DNA of 44,911 bases, from the NCBI GenBank assembly GCA_046484245.1, contig JAWOBN010000036.1:1-44911 (forward strand). The letters run 5' to 3'. Every line of letters begins with the position of its first letter. Position 1 is the stretch's first letter. The stretch comes from a bacterium (GTDB lineage: Bacteria; Hydrothermota; 32-111). The notes beneath the pieces are model-generated. The model made no database searches, was not told where the DNA came from, and saw nothing but the letters and a program-made list of their open reading frames with translations. A program made the position numbers and the translations under genes. Below, piece after piece: positions 26,853-36,844 of this stretch.

Positions 26853-28938
26853 GATAATGATGTCAATTGCAGCATCCCTCTCAGGATTGGTCTTTGTCAG
26901 CATACTTGTGATCAATATGCTGAAACAGGACCAGGGTGATGACAAGGTGCAAGGGCTCTCCCTGCTGATTCAGAAGGGCGCCAGTGCATTTATGAAACGC
27001 GAGTATATGTATGTATCTGTTGTGGTTATTATAATAACCATTGTCATAGTCATTGCCCCGTTTATAAACAGCAATATAGGTATTGACTACAGAACAGCCA
27101 TTGCATTTGTTTTCGGTGCTGTTGTTTCGGGACTGGCCGGCTATATTGCCATGTGGGTAGGGACAAGAGCAAACGGCAGGACGACAGAAGCTGCCTCAAG
27201 GGGGCTCATACCGGCAATACGCCTCTCCTTTACAGCAGGAGCAACTACAGGACTCACAATAAGTTCAATATCACTCATGGGACTGACAATACTGTTTATG
27301 ATATACAAGGGTTCGCCCCAGGTATTGAACGGTTATGCCATGGGTGCATCATTACTTGCTCTTTTTGCAAGAGCAGGAGGCGGCATATATACGAAAGCAG
27401 CTGATATGGGTGCTGATCTTGTAGGCAAGGTAGAGGCAGGCATACCGGAGGATGACCCGCGCAATGCAGCTGTAATTGCCGATAATGTGGGTGATAATGT
27501 GGGTGATACAGCAGGTCTGGGAGCAGATCTGATGGAATCTTATGTTGAATCAATAATCGCCACAATGGCAATTGGTGTGACTGTCGGCAATATTGTCTCA
27601 CTGACTAATGCCGGTCAATTAGCGCAGAAACTCGTTGCACTGCCCCTTCTTCTTGCAAGCATAGGCCTCTTTGCTTCAATAGTAGGTGTTATATGGGTAT
27701 TGCTCGGACTTATAAAGAAACCCCAGAATCTTCTCAATTCAGGTGTTTACCTCTCATCAGCATTGATGATATTAGGCTCATTCATTGCAATAAGCATTGC
27801 AGATATCAATTATGACGGGTTTATAAACAAGATGGCTCCTTTCTACGCCATTGTATCGGGTCTTGCAGCAGGCCTTATAATTGCATTTGTCAGTGAATAC
27901 TATTCTTCCAGTAAATACAGACCTGTCAGGGAACTGGCTGAGTCAGCTGAGAGCGGACCGGCGATTGTTGTTGTCAATGGTCTTGCAATAGGTATGAAAT
28001 CCACTATGATACCGGTTTCTGCCATTGTCATTGCCATGATTGTGGGCTTTGAGGTAGCGGGCATGTACGGAATTGCCCTTGCTGCACTCGGTATGCTCTC
28101 AACCCTCGGCATAACACTTGCAGTTGATTCATACGGGCCTGTGGTGGATAATGCAGGCGGTATAGCGGAGATGTCTCATCAGGACAAGTATGTAAGAGAG
28201 ATCACTGATGAGCTTGATTCAGTCGGCAATACAACAGCTGCAATCGGCAAGGGTTTTGCAATAGGTTCAGCGGCATTTGCAGCACTGGGTCTTATCACTG
28301 CTTATATAACAACTGTGCTGAACAGCAATGGGGGCACATCTGACAGTGCTGTTAATCTGTTCTCCAATATAATAACAGACCCTTATTTCATAGGCGGACT
28401 GCTCTTTGGAGGAATGATACCTTATTTCCTCTCATCACTGCTTGCAGGCGGTGTGGGCAAGGTTGCCTTCAAAATAATTGCTGAGGTGAGAAGACAGTTC
28501 AGGGATATTGCGGGGCTTATGGAAGGGACAGCAGACCCTGAGACAGAAAAATGCGTGGCAATAGCAGCAGACGGCGCTATTAAATATATGCTGGGCCCCG
28601 GACTGCTTGCATTGCTTACCCCTGTTGCAGTGGGATTCATATTCGGCCCCATCACACTTGCCGGTGTGCTCATAGGGTCTCTCATTACAGGCGTGCAGCT
28701 CGGCATTCAGACAGCCAATTCAGGGGCTGCAATGGATAATGCAAAAAAATATATTGAAGAGGGCAATGTCGGCGGAAAGAATACTGATGCACACAGAGCA
28801 GCTATTGTCGGAGATACTGTGGGTGATCCGCTGAAAGACACAATAGGTCCGTCAATCAATATACTGATAAAACTGATGTCAATAATTGCTCTTGTAATAG
28901 CTCCGATAATAATTCAATTCGGTATACTAAACCACTAA
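26845..28938 (+). CDS. hppA: Membrane-bound ion-translocating pyrophosphatase, K+-dependent, probably Na+-pumping
   Basis: GGIYTKAADMGADLVGKVEAGIPEDDPRN, DNVGDNVGD, DLMESY, DSVGNTTAAIGKG (Ala at the K+-dependence site), GDTVGDPLKDT. Confidence 0.95.
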   Translation: MNEIMMSIAASLSGLVFVSILVINMLKQDQGDDKVQGLSLLIQKGASAFMKREYMYVSVVVIIITIVIVIAPFINSNIGIDYRTAIAFVFGAVVSGLAGYIAMWVGTRANGRTTEAASRGLIPAIRLSFTAGATTGLTISSISLMGLTILFMIYKGSPQVLNGYAMGASLLALFARAGGGIYTKAADMGADLVGKVEAGIPEDDPRNAAVIADNVGDNVGDTAGLGADLMESYVESIIATMAIGVTVGNIVSLTNAGQLAQKLVALPLLLASIGLFASIVGVIWVLLGLIKKPQNLLNSGVYLSSALMILGSFIAISIADINYDGFINKMAPFYAIVSGLAAGLIIAFVSEYYSSSKYRPVRELAESAESGPAIVVVNGLAIGMKSTMIPVSAIVIAMIVGFEVAGMYGIALAALGMLSTLGITLAVDSYGPVVDNAGGIAEMSHQDKYVREITDELDSVGNTTAAIGKGFAIGSAAFAALGLITAYITTVLNSNGGTSDSAVNLFSNIITDPYFIGGLLFGGMIPYFLSSLLAGGVGKVAFKIIAEVRRQFRDIAGLMEGTADPETEKCVAIAADGAIKYMLGPGLLALLTPVAVGFIFGPITLAGVLIGSLITGVQLGIQTANSGAAMDNAKKYIEEGNVGGKNTDAHRAAIVGDTVGDPLKDTIGPSINILIKLMSIIALVIAPIIIQFGILNH

Positions 28939-28950
28939 TAGGAGGATAAA

Positions 28951-29238
28951 TTGAATAAATATGAAATGATTATCATACTTGACCCCGCACTGAAAGATGA
29001 TGCTGTGAATAATAAGATGTCAATGATTGAGCAATGGATAAATGAAGAAGGCGGAAATGTGATGGATAAGAACGACAGGGGAATCCAGAAGCTCGCCCAT
29101 GAGATAAACAAGACAAAACAGGGGCATTATGCCTTGATAACATTTGAGATAGACCCGGTTAAACTTGATAAGATATCGGAGGAGATGAAACTGGATGAAT
29201 CCATCTGGAGGAAACTCATAAAGAGGATCAGGGGGTAG
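28951..29238 (+). CDS. rpsF: 30S ribosomal protein S6
   Basis: KYEMIIILDP, G.QKLAHEINK...GHY; AGGAGG RBS and TTG start; rpsF-ssb-rpsR-rplI synteny. Confidence 0.93.
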   Translation: MNKYEMIIILDPALKDDAVNNKMSMIEQWINEEGGNVMDKNDRGIQKLAHEINKTKQGHYALITFEIDPVKLDKISEEMKLDESIWRKLIKRIRG

Positions 29239-29239
29239 T

Positions 29240-29725
29240 ATGACAGATAATGTGAATGTTCCCAATATCAATAATATTATTCTCTCAGGACGTCTGACAA
29301 GTGACAGTGAGATACGGTATCTCAATGACAATACCAGTGTCCTTAATTTCAGGATTGCCTCAACAAGAAGGTATCAGGATAAACAGGGAGAGTGGAAAGA
29401 GGATACGCTCTTTATAAATATTGACAAATGGGGCAGTTCCTTCAATGAACGACTCAGTGAGCGTCTCAAGACAGGTGTGCCTGTCATAGTGCAGGGCAGT
29501 CTGCGTCTCAATACATGGGAGGATAAGAATACGGGCCAGAAGAGGAGCACTTATCAGATCAGGGCTTTCCGTGTTCACATTCTTGTAAAGAATACGGAGA
29601 ATCAGTATCAGGAGAATCAGTCAGGCTCGGGGAATATCAATAATCAGATTGACAAGATAGATAAAGAATTCAATGAAATTGCAGATAATGAAAATATTGG
29701 AGGTGACGATGACATTCCATTCTAG
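29240..29725 (+). CDS. ssb: Single-stranded DNA-binding protein
   Basis: NNIILSGRLT, NFRIA, VQGSLRLNTWED, C-terminal DDDIPF. Confidence 0.96.
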   Translation: MTDNVNVPNINNIILSGRLTSDSEIRYLNDNTSVLNFRIASTRRYQDKQGEWKEDTLFINIDKWGSSFNERLSERLKTGVPVIVQGSLRLNTWEDKNTGQKRSTYQIRAFRVHILVKNTENQYQENQSGSGNINNQIDKIDKEFNEIADNENIGGDDDIPF

Positions 29726-29939
29726 AAAGAGAAGAAAATGCAGGCTCTGTGTTGACCAGGTTGAGAGTATAGATTACAAGGATACTAATCTGCTCAAACA
29801 CTACATGGACACACAGGGAAAGATCATGCCGAGGAAAGCGACAAGACTCTGTGCAAAACATCAGAGAATGGTGGCAAAGGCAATAAAACAGGCAAGGAAT
29901 ATTTCCCTTCTGCCCTATGTCAATGATTATATCAAATAG
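29709..29939 (+). CDS. rpsR: 30S ribosomal protein S18 (Zn-ribbon type)
   Basis: KCRLC, IDYKD..LL, GKIMPR, CAKHQR..AKAIKQAR..LLPY; start 29709 after GGAGG. Confidence 0.95.
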   Translation: MTFHSRKRRKCRLCVDQVESIDYKDTNLLKHYMDTQGKIMPRKATRLCAKHQRMVAKAIKQARNISLLPYVNDYIK

Positions 29940-29948
29940 GAGAATTGA

Positions 29949-30395
29949 ATGAAGATTATATTGAGAAAATCAGTGGATAATGTGGGAGACAGGGGTGATA
30001 CTGTTGATGTCAAATCAGGTTTTGCCAGGAATTACCTTATTCCCAAGGGACTGGCATTCCCCTTTAGCCCCGGAAATATGAAGAGGTTTGAAGAGGAGAA
30101 GAGAAACCACAGTATTCAGGAATCAAAGAATATTGAGGAAGCAAATGCCAATAAGGATAAATTGGAAGAGGAATCAATTACAATCAAGCAGAAGGCACAT
30201 GACAATGATGAACTCTACGGTTCTGTCAATGCTCAGCTTATAGCCGAAAAACTCAGGGAATCAGGCTATGAGATTGATAAGAGTGCTGTGATTCTTGATG
30301 ATCCTGTTAAGAAGCTCGGTGTCTATGACATTGAGGTAAAATTACACCCGGAGGTTACAGCAGTAGTAAAGGTCTGGGTAGTGAAGGATGAATGA
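29949..30395 (+). CDS. rplI: 50S ribosomal protein L9
   Basis: MKIILR, VKSGFARNYLIPKG, LYGSV, KLG.Y...VKLHPEV. Confidence 0.97.
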   Translation: MKIILRKSVDNVGDRGDTVDVKSGFARNYLIPKGLAFPFSPGNMKRFEEEKRNHSIQESKNIEEANANKDKLEEESITIKQKAHDNDELYGSVNAQLIAEKLRESGYEIDKSAVILDDPVKKLGVYDIEVKLHPEVTAVVKVWVVKDE

Positions 30396-31188
30396 ATTTC
30401 TCAGCAATAATCTGATGTTCACAATACTCCTGTCAGGCCATCTGACAGGAGATTTTCTTTTCCAGACAGATCTGATCTACAGGCTCAAGAAGACCTGTTT
30501 CCGCGGCCAGTTGATACATGCATTTATCAATGCAGTGATTATATCACTCCTGCTTATTGTATTCTACAGAGAAATTTCCCTTATGCTTACTGCATTGGTC
30601 ATTGTGTTTATAACTCATCTGATAATTGATTATTCAAAGGTTAAACTGCCGTTCAAGAATCCGTTTGTCTTCATAATTGACCAGATTCTTCATATCGGCA
30701 TACTTCTCATACTTGCACTTGCACTGAATGACAATTATTCCTCACTTCTTATAAACAGCAGTAATCTGAAGATCCCCGTCCTCATAAATACAATTCTTAT
30801 TGTGTCTCTCTTCCTCAAATATCTCAATGGCTCTATCAGGAGATATATGGGCAAAGAGAAGCAGGAGGGTTTTTTCAAGGAGAATGCAGGAGCACTGGAG
30901 AGGATAATCATACTGTTTTTCGCCTATATGCACGGATTCTTCTTTATAATGATTCCCCTTATAATAATACCCCGTATTGTGTACGGTATTCACAAGGGGG
31001 ATGAGTATATTTTTTATGACACATTGTTCTCAATGATAACTGCTTCACTTGCAGGCATACTCCTCAGACAGTTTACAGCAAACAGCCCGATCAGCCCGGT
31101 TGTATTCATATCAGCCCTTCTCATATTCACTGCTCTTCATACTGCTGTGGTTTTTGCCTCGGATATTATTGAAAGAGCATTCTATTGA
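30388..31188 (+). CDS. DUF3307-like membrane protein
   Basis: GHLTGDFLFQT, H..I, THLIID..K, FIIDQILH, GALER; multiple TM segments. Confidence 0.75.
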   Translation: MNEFLSNNLMFTILLSGHLTGDFLFQTDLIYRLKKTCFRGQLIHAFINAVIISLLLIVFYREISLMLTALVIVFITHLIIDYSKVKLPFKNPFVFIIDQILHIGILLILALALNDNYSSLLINSSNLKIPVLINTILIVSLFLKYLNGSIRRYMGKEKQEGFFKENAGALERIIILFFAYMHGFFFIMIPLIIIPRIVYGIHKGDEYIFYDTLFSMITASLAGILLRQFTANSPISPVVFISALLIFTALHTAVVFASDIIERAFY

Positions 31189-31212
31189 CAATTCTATATA
31201 TAATAATAAAAT
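31185..31212 (+). promoter_or_regulatory. Putative promoter (TTGACA-16bp-TAAAAT) for the lipoprotein/OmpA genes
   Basis: TTGACA 31185-31190, TAAAAT 31207-31212, AGGAG RBS before ATG 31249. Confidence 0.65.
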
Positions 31213-31248
31213 AAGAGACAATGCAAATCTAATACAATAGGAGATAAT

Positions 31249-32391
31249 ATGAATAAAAAATATCTTATCATTATTATGGTTGTCCTGCTCACTGCAGCAG
31301 GATGCTATATGATTCCCGGCAAGATGGTTTCAGTGCCGGACCTGACAATCAGTATTCCTCTGGGTGACACCACAGTCACTGTGGCTCAGGCAGCCCTGGA
31401 GGATACCCAGCATATATCAATAATAGGCGACACTGTCTTTGCTCAGACCAAGACGCGGTCAAGAACCGATATACCGTCAATACCGGCAGGTTCGTTGAGG
31501 ATATCCATTGATATTGAGGAATTGATACCTGAGGATATCATTGATACAACCTCCGACTCTACATCTTTCACTTCCACTATTGACAGGATAAGCAATTTTG
31601 TAACAATCTACGGTGAATTCTCGGATACTGCTTCAGGCAGAATCCATCATCTTGTAACCAATAGAAGAAATGATACTATTTATAATAGTACAGTGAGTAT
31701 TGAAATACCATCAGGCAGCTATGATTCAACAGCCCCATTTGAAGAGATACTGACAATCAATGATTTTCCATTCGGGGATTACAGGCATGATATTGACATT
31801 GTTGTTGACAGTGCTGATTATACAATGCGGAGGGCTGAATCTTATTCGCGGATGGCTCTGAGTTTTGACCTGGCAGGCGATCAGGTGGTTATACTGGCAA
31901 GGAAGCAGGGACTCATATCACCCCCTGATTCAACAGCCCTTGACCTGATAAACAGTGTGGAGATCAATCTTGATGTAACTAACCGCATGCCTTTCAGAGC
32001 AGATCTCATAGTAAATTTATATAATGGAAGCATTGATTCTCTGGAAGATCTTCAAGATACACTTGAATTGCTTTCCAATCCGGTTTTGACATCAACATTC
32101 TCTATCCCGTGCGCACCTATTGACCCGACAGGCAGAACATTGAATAAGGACACCTTTCATTATGAAATAAAACTGGATGAAACTCTGCGCGAATTGTTTG
32201 TATATGATAAAATGTATTACAAGGCAAGACTTGAAATTCCGCCTTACACTGACGAGAATGGTGATACAATAGTCAATTCATTTGTATTGCCGACTGATTA
32301 CATGACACTCGGCGGGTATATTGTTGTCAATTTTGACCTGGATGACAATAAACTCTCGGATGAGAATAAAATATTCGGCGGGGAGGAGTAA
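31249..32391 (+). CDS. Hypothetical lipoprotein
   Basis: Basic-hydrophobic signal with lipobox (TAAGC); beta-rich acidic body; stop overlaps the next start. Confidence 0.75.
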   Translation: MNKKYLIIIMVVLLTAAGCYMIPGKMVSVPDLTISIPLGDTTVTVAQAALEDTQHISIIGDTVFAQTKTRSRTDIPSIPAGSLRISIDIEELIPEDIIDTTSDSTSFTSTIDRISNFVTIYGEFSDTASGRIHHLVTNRRNDTIYNSTVSIEIPSGSYDSTAPFEEILTINDFPFGDYRHDIDIVVDSADYTMRRAESYSRMALSFDLAGDQVVILARKQGLISPPDSTALDLINSVEINLDVTNRMPFRADLIVNLYNGSIDSLEDLQDTLELLSNPVLTSTFSIPCAPIDPTGRTLNKDTFHYEIKLDETLRELFVYDKMYYKARLEIPPYTDENGDTIVNSFVLPTDYMTLGGYIVVNFDLDDNKLSDENKIFGGEE

Positions 32392-34946
32392 TGAGACGCA
32401 TTATAATTTTACTGTTTATTATTCTAATCTCGGCAATAAGCATATCTGCAGATGATGTTTACATGGACTCCCCGTTCAATACAGGGTCCAATGCACTGTT
32501 CTACAATCCGGCATTCCTGGGCAGACAGGATGTGCCTAAAAATGCAGTTGATTTCTACAGGTTTGACCTGGGATTCACCAATAATCTCATTTCACCGGAT
32601 TTCACCAATTATCTCTTCCCCAATTCGGGTAATACAGACATAGATATATGGAGAGAACTTGACAGTGAGTCGGGAATGAATGATACAATAACAGATGAGA
32701 AGAAACAGGCAATACTCCGTTCAATAGGTGATTATTTCTATCTCAGCCCCACAACATCACTTGCTCTGTCACCGGTACTGCCGCTTAATATCAAGATAGG
32801 CAATTTTGCATTCGGCCAGAAGAATTATGTGGGTGAACTGACCCATCTGCCTGCTGATATGTTCCAGCTGCTCCTCTACGGCAATGAATTTGACAATACA
32901 TATGATTTCAGTGACCTGCATCTTGATGCTCAGGCATATATGGCATTCTCTACAGGACTGGGTGCTGAAATACCCATGGACAACGGCATGTCAGTTAATT
33001 TCGGTATCTCCGGCTCTTATCTTGCAGGATTCAGTTATTTTGAAGTGGATGCTGATTCCACTGTCCTGGAATCCGAGACAAGCCATTTGAGACAGACATC
33101 GTATCTCACAGTGAAGTACGGTCTGCCGATGCCGCTCTATCTGGACAGTATGTATTATGATGAGACCTACAGAGAAAATTTTGCACCTGACATCAATGGT
33201 GAGAATCTATTCCCGCCGCCGGGAAACGGGTTTGACCTCAATATCGGTCTTGCTCTTAATCTGACTGATGAACTGCTCCTTGAAACATCGTATAATCATG
33301 CAATATCAAGGGTTTACTGGGGCAATACAGGCAAGGAATACACTGTTATAATGAAGACAGACAGTATCAATGCTGCATATATATACGGACAGTATGATGC
33401 ACTGAACAGTGATTCGTCCATAAGCGGTGATGACATACAGGAGATTCTTATGGACTCGCTGCTCTATGACACAATAATAATGGAGGAGGATGAACTTGTC
33501 TCCATTCTTGAACCGCAGTTCAATCTCGGCATACTCTATCATATGAAATATCTCCCCCTGTCAACATTTATCAGATACACGCAGGGATTCAAGAATACTG
33601 CTTTCAGTTCTGTCTATCCCAAATTCACTGCAGGTGTTCAATACACGATGTGGAGATGGCTCCTTCTGGAAAGCGCATTTGCATTCGGAGGCAGGGAGAA
33701 ATTCCAGTTCAATGTAGGGTTCGGACTCAATTTTGACAAATATACGACAGACATTCAGTTCACGCAGGACAGGGGCGTATTCCAGTACAACAAGGGACTG
33801 CATCTTTCACTCAATGCAGGACTGCATTCAACAACATACGGCAGATTCAGCGGAACTGTGATTGACTCTGTTACAAAAGAACCCCTTATTGCAAAACTCA
33901 CTGTGAGGAGAAACAATGCTCCGGGCATTGACACATTGATAACCGATTCAACAGGATATTTCAGCAGGAATTACAGGAATACACGCCTCTCAGTAATGGT
34001 CACAGCAGAAAATTACGACACTATTGTGGACTCTATGGATATACTGAGAAGGGATGATATTGAGAGACTCTACAAACTCAATCCTGCAGGCGGACGTCTG
34101 CTTGTCAAGGTCATTGACGGGGTTTCAAAGGATATCATGCCCAATACAATGGTCATATTCTCTGATGACACACTCTATACGGATTCAATGGGTACAGTGG
34201 AAAAGAGACTGGAAGAAGGCGAGAATGTTATTGTTGTGAAAGCAGAGAATAAGGTGGACAATGTCTTTACCATTGAAGTGGAGGAAGGCAAGAATTATTC
34301 CAAGCTTGTCAAGATGATGCCTCTCTACGGTAAATTCAGGATATTCACATACAATGCAAGCACGGGCGACCCTGTGGAATCCGCAGTCACGATACACACA
34401 ACTGATATGAAGACCACTGTTGATTCCATAAATACAGGTGATGACGGCAAGGTTGACTCAAAGCCTATCAAGAAGGGCAATTACAATCTGCATATAATAC
34501 CCCTTGAGGAACGCTATATTGAACAGGATAAATACAATGTTGAAGTGAAGGGCGGTTATATCAAACAGGTTGATGTTGCACTGCTCAAGGAGAAGATGGT
34601 ATTTGTATTCAACAATATACTATTTGATTTCAATAAAGCATCATTGAGACCCGAGTCTCATGTTGTTATTGATTCACTGGCAACAATAATGCAGGAAAGT
34701 CCCTCAATCAGGGTTGAGATCGGCGGTCATACTGACACGAGGGGTTCGTCAAGCTACAATAGGAAATTATCCCAGGCAAGAGCCGAATCAGTGCGCAATT
34801 ACCTGATAAGCCAGCACGGCATTGATCCTGCAAGGATTACTGCAATAGGATACGGTGAGGACAGACCCATTGTCTATCCTGAGGAAACAGAGGCGGATTA
34901 TCAGAAGAACAGAAGGGTTGAATTCACGGTTCTGGGTAATCAGTAA
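32391..34946 (+). CDS. Outer-membrane protein: putative beta-barrel (DUF5723-like) + beta-sandwich repeats + OmpA-like peptidoglycan-binding domain
   Basis: Signal peptide, ALFYNPAFL, GNGFDLNIG; C-terminal ILFDFNKA, EIGGHTD.RG...YN.KLSQARAESV, GYGE.RP, NRRVEF. Confidence 0.85.
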   Translation: MRRIIILLFIILISAISISADDVYMDSPFNTGSNALFYNPAFLGRQDVPKNAVDFYRFDLGFTNNLISPDFTNYLFPNSGNTDIDIWRELDSESGMNDTITDEKKQAILRSIGDYFYLSPTTSLALSPVLPLNIKIGNFAFGQKNYVGELTHLPADMFQLLLYGNEFDNTYDFSDLHLDAQAYMAFSTGLGAEIPMDNGMSVNFGISGSYLAGFSYFEVDADSTVLESETSHLRQTSYLTVKYGLPMPLYLDSMYYDETYRENFAPDINGENLFPPPGNGFDLNIGLALNLTDELLLETSYNHAISRVYWGNTGKEYTVIMKTDSINAAYIYGQYDALNSDSSISGDDIQEILMDSLLYDTIIMEEDELVSILEPQFNLGILYHMKYLPLSTFIRYTQGFKNTAFSSVYPKFTAGVQYTMWRWLLLESAFAFGGREKFQFNVGFGLNFDKYTTDIQFTQDRGVFQYNKGLHLSLNAGLHSTTYGRFSGTVIDSVTKEPLIAKLTVRRNNAPGIDTLITDSTGYFSRNYRNTRLSVMVTAENYDTIVDSMDILRRDDIERLYKLNPAGGRLLVKVIDGVSKDIMPNTMVIFSDDTLYTDSMGTVEKRLEEGENVIVVKAENKVDNVFTIEVEEGKNYSKLVKMMPLYGKFRIFTYNASTGDPVESAVTIHTTDMKTTVDSINTGDDGKVDSKPIKKGNYNLHIIPLEERYIEQDKYNVEVKGGYIKQVDVALLKEKMVFVFNNILFDFNKASLRPESHVVIDSLATIMQESPSIRVEIGGHTDTRGSSSYNRKLSQARAESVRNYLISQHGIDPARITAIGYGEDRPIVYPEETEADYQKNRRVEFTVLGNQ

Positions 34947-34971
34947 TTATTAAACAGAAGGGGTATCTCTT

Positions 34972-36513
34972 ATGGGTTTGAAGGATAAACTGAAGAAATG
35001 GTTTTCGCAGAAATCCACCCTGCTCAAGGGCGGAGGAGAAGCGGCTATTGAAAAACAGAAGCAGAGAGGCAAACTCTTTGCAAGAGACAGAATCACGCAT
35101 CTTCTGGACAAGGACACATTTGTGGAGACCGACCTCTTTGTTGAGCACAATGCAAAGGATTTCGGTCTGGATAAGAAGCATCTGCCTGCTGACGGTGTTA
35201 TTACAGGATACGGGAAAATAAACGGCAGAAAGATATGTATCTTTGCTCAGGATTTCACTGTTGCAGGCGGTTCACTCGGTAAGATGCATGCAATGAAGAT
35301 AACAAAGATCATGGATCTTGCAGCAAAGATGGGTGTGCCTGTTATCGGGCTCAATGATTCGGGCGGCGCGCGCATTCAGGAAGGTGTGGATGCACTTGCA
35401 GGCTATGGCGACATATTCTTCAGGAATTCCCGTTACTCCGGTGTAATACCCCAGATATCAGTTGTACTGGGTCCCTGTGCCGGCGGTGCTGTTTATTCAC
35501 CTGCATTGATGGATTTTGTCTTTGTCGTGGACAAGGTCTCAAAGATGTTCATAACAGGCCCGCAGGTAATAAAGAGTGTTATAGGCGAGGACATCTCAAT
35601 GGAGGAACTGGGCGGAGCAATGACGCATTTCAAGAAAACAGGCAATGTCCATTTCCTAGCAGAGAATGAGCATCAGTGTTTTGAGAGGATAAGGGAATTG
35701 CTCTCTTATCTTCCTGACAATTTCAAGAAACCTGTTCCCCGCCTGGAAGCTGCAGAGCCCCGTACAGGCAATATTGACGATATTATTCCCAAAGACCCCA
35801 AAGAACCCTATGATGTGAGGGACGTTATCAGGGCAATTGTGGATGATTCCGGTTTCCTAGAGGTCCAGGCAGGCTGGGCTGCGAATATTGTTGTCGGATA
35901 TGCGCGACTGGAAGGCAGGACTGTCGGTATTATTGCAAATCAGCCGGATATGCTTGCCGGTGTGCTTGATGTGGATTCTGCAGACAAATCATCGCGTTTT
36001 GTAAGAACATGCGACAGTTTCAATATCCCCCTGCTGTCACTTGTTGATATGCCGGGTTATCTGCCGGGCATTGATCAGGAACACTCCGGTGTGATAAGAC
36101 ACGGTGCCAAGCTTCTATTCGCATATTCCGAGGCAACAGTACCCAAGATCACATTGATACTGAGAAAGGCATACGGAGGCGGATATATTGCCATGTGCAG
36201 CAAGCATCTAGGCGCTGACCTTGTTTTCGCCTGGCCTACTGCAGAGATTGCTGTAATGGGTCCCCAGGGTGCTGCCAATATTATATTCAGGAAAGAGATA
36301 CAGAGTTCAATCAATCCGGAAAAAACCCGGCAGGAGAAGATTGATGAATACATTGAAAAATTCGCCAATCCCTATGTGGCAGCTTCAAAGGGTTATGTTG
36401 ACGGTGTCATCAATCCGGATTCAACAAGAAAAACCCTAATCAATGCTTTTGAGATGTGCAGTGAGAAAAATGAAATTCTGCCTGATAAGAAGCATTCCAA
36501 TATGCCGGTATAA
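34972..36513 (+). CDS. Acyl-CoA carboxylase/decarboxylase carboxyltransferase subunit (PccB/MmdA-like)
   Basis: QDFTVAGGSLG, NDSGGARIQEG, GPCAGGAVYSPA, RHGAKLL.AY.EATVP, RKAYGG, KKHSNMPV. Confidence 0.93.
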   Translation: MGLKDKLKKWFSQKSTLLKGGGEAAIEKQKQRGKLFARDRITHLLDKDTFVETDLFVEHNAKDFGLDKKHLPADGVITGYGKINGRKICIFAQDFTVAGGSLGKMHAMKITKIMDLAAKMGVPVIGLNDSGGARIQEGVDALAGYGDIFFRNSRYSGVIPQISVVLGPCAGGAVYSPALMDFVFVVDKVSKMFITGPQVIKSVIGEDISMEELGGAMTHFKKTGNVHFLAENEHQCFERIRELLSYLPDNFKKPVPRLEAAEPRTGNIDDIIPKDPKEPYDVRDVIRAIVDDSGFLEVQAGWAANIVVGYARLEGRTVGIIANQPDMLAGVLDVDSADKSSRFVRTCDSFNIPLLSLVDMPGYLPGIDQEHSGVIRHGAKLLFAYSEATVPKITLILRKAYGGGYIAMCSKHLGADLVFAWPTAEIAVMGPQGAANIIFRKEIQSSINPEKTRQEKIDEYIEKFANPYVAASKGYVDGVINPDSTRKTLINAFEMCSEKNEILPDKKHSNMPV

Positions 36514-36518
36514 TTATT

Positions 36519-36830
36519 ATGGGTAAGAAAAAAGAGATCAATATAAATTATGACAGGTACAAAACCAATATACCTGATGACATGCAGAACGAGAAGTACA
36601 CGCCTCAGACAGAGACAAGGAAGGTGCTCAGAGCAGTTATTCCCGGCACTGTACTTGATATTGAGGTGTCTGAAGGCGACAGTGTGAAGAGAGGCGACTG
36701 CCTGCTCATACTGGAGGCAATGAAGATGCGCAACAGGATATATGCAGAGAGAGACAGTGTAATCAAGAGTATTAATGTCAAAACAGGTGAACAGGTACCA
36801 AAGGATCATATTCTTTTGACTTACAGATAA
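36519..36830 (+). CDS. Biotin carboxyl carrier protein
   Basis: IPGTV...V..GD.V..G...LILEAMKMRN biotinylation motif. Confidence 0.92.
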   Translation: MGKKKEININYDRYKTNIPDDMQNEKYTPQTETRKVLRAVIPGTVLDIEVSEGDSVKRGDCLLILEAMKMRNRIYAERDSVIKSINVKTGEQVPKDHILLTYR

Positions 36831-36844
36831 TCCCCGGAGGAATA

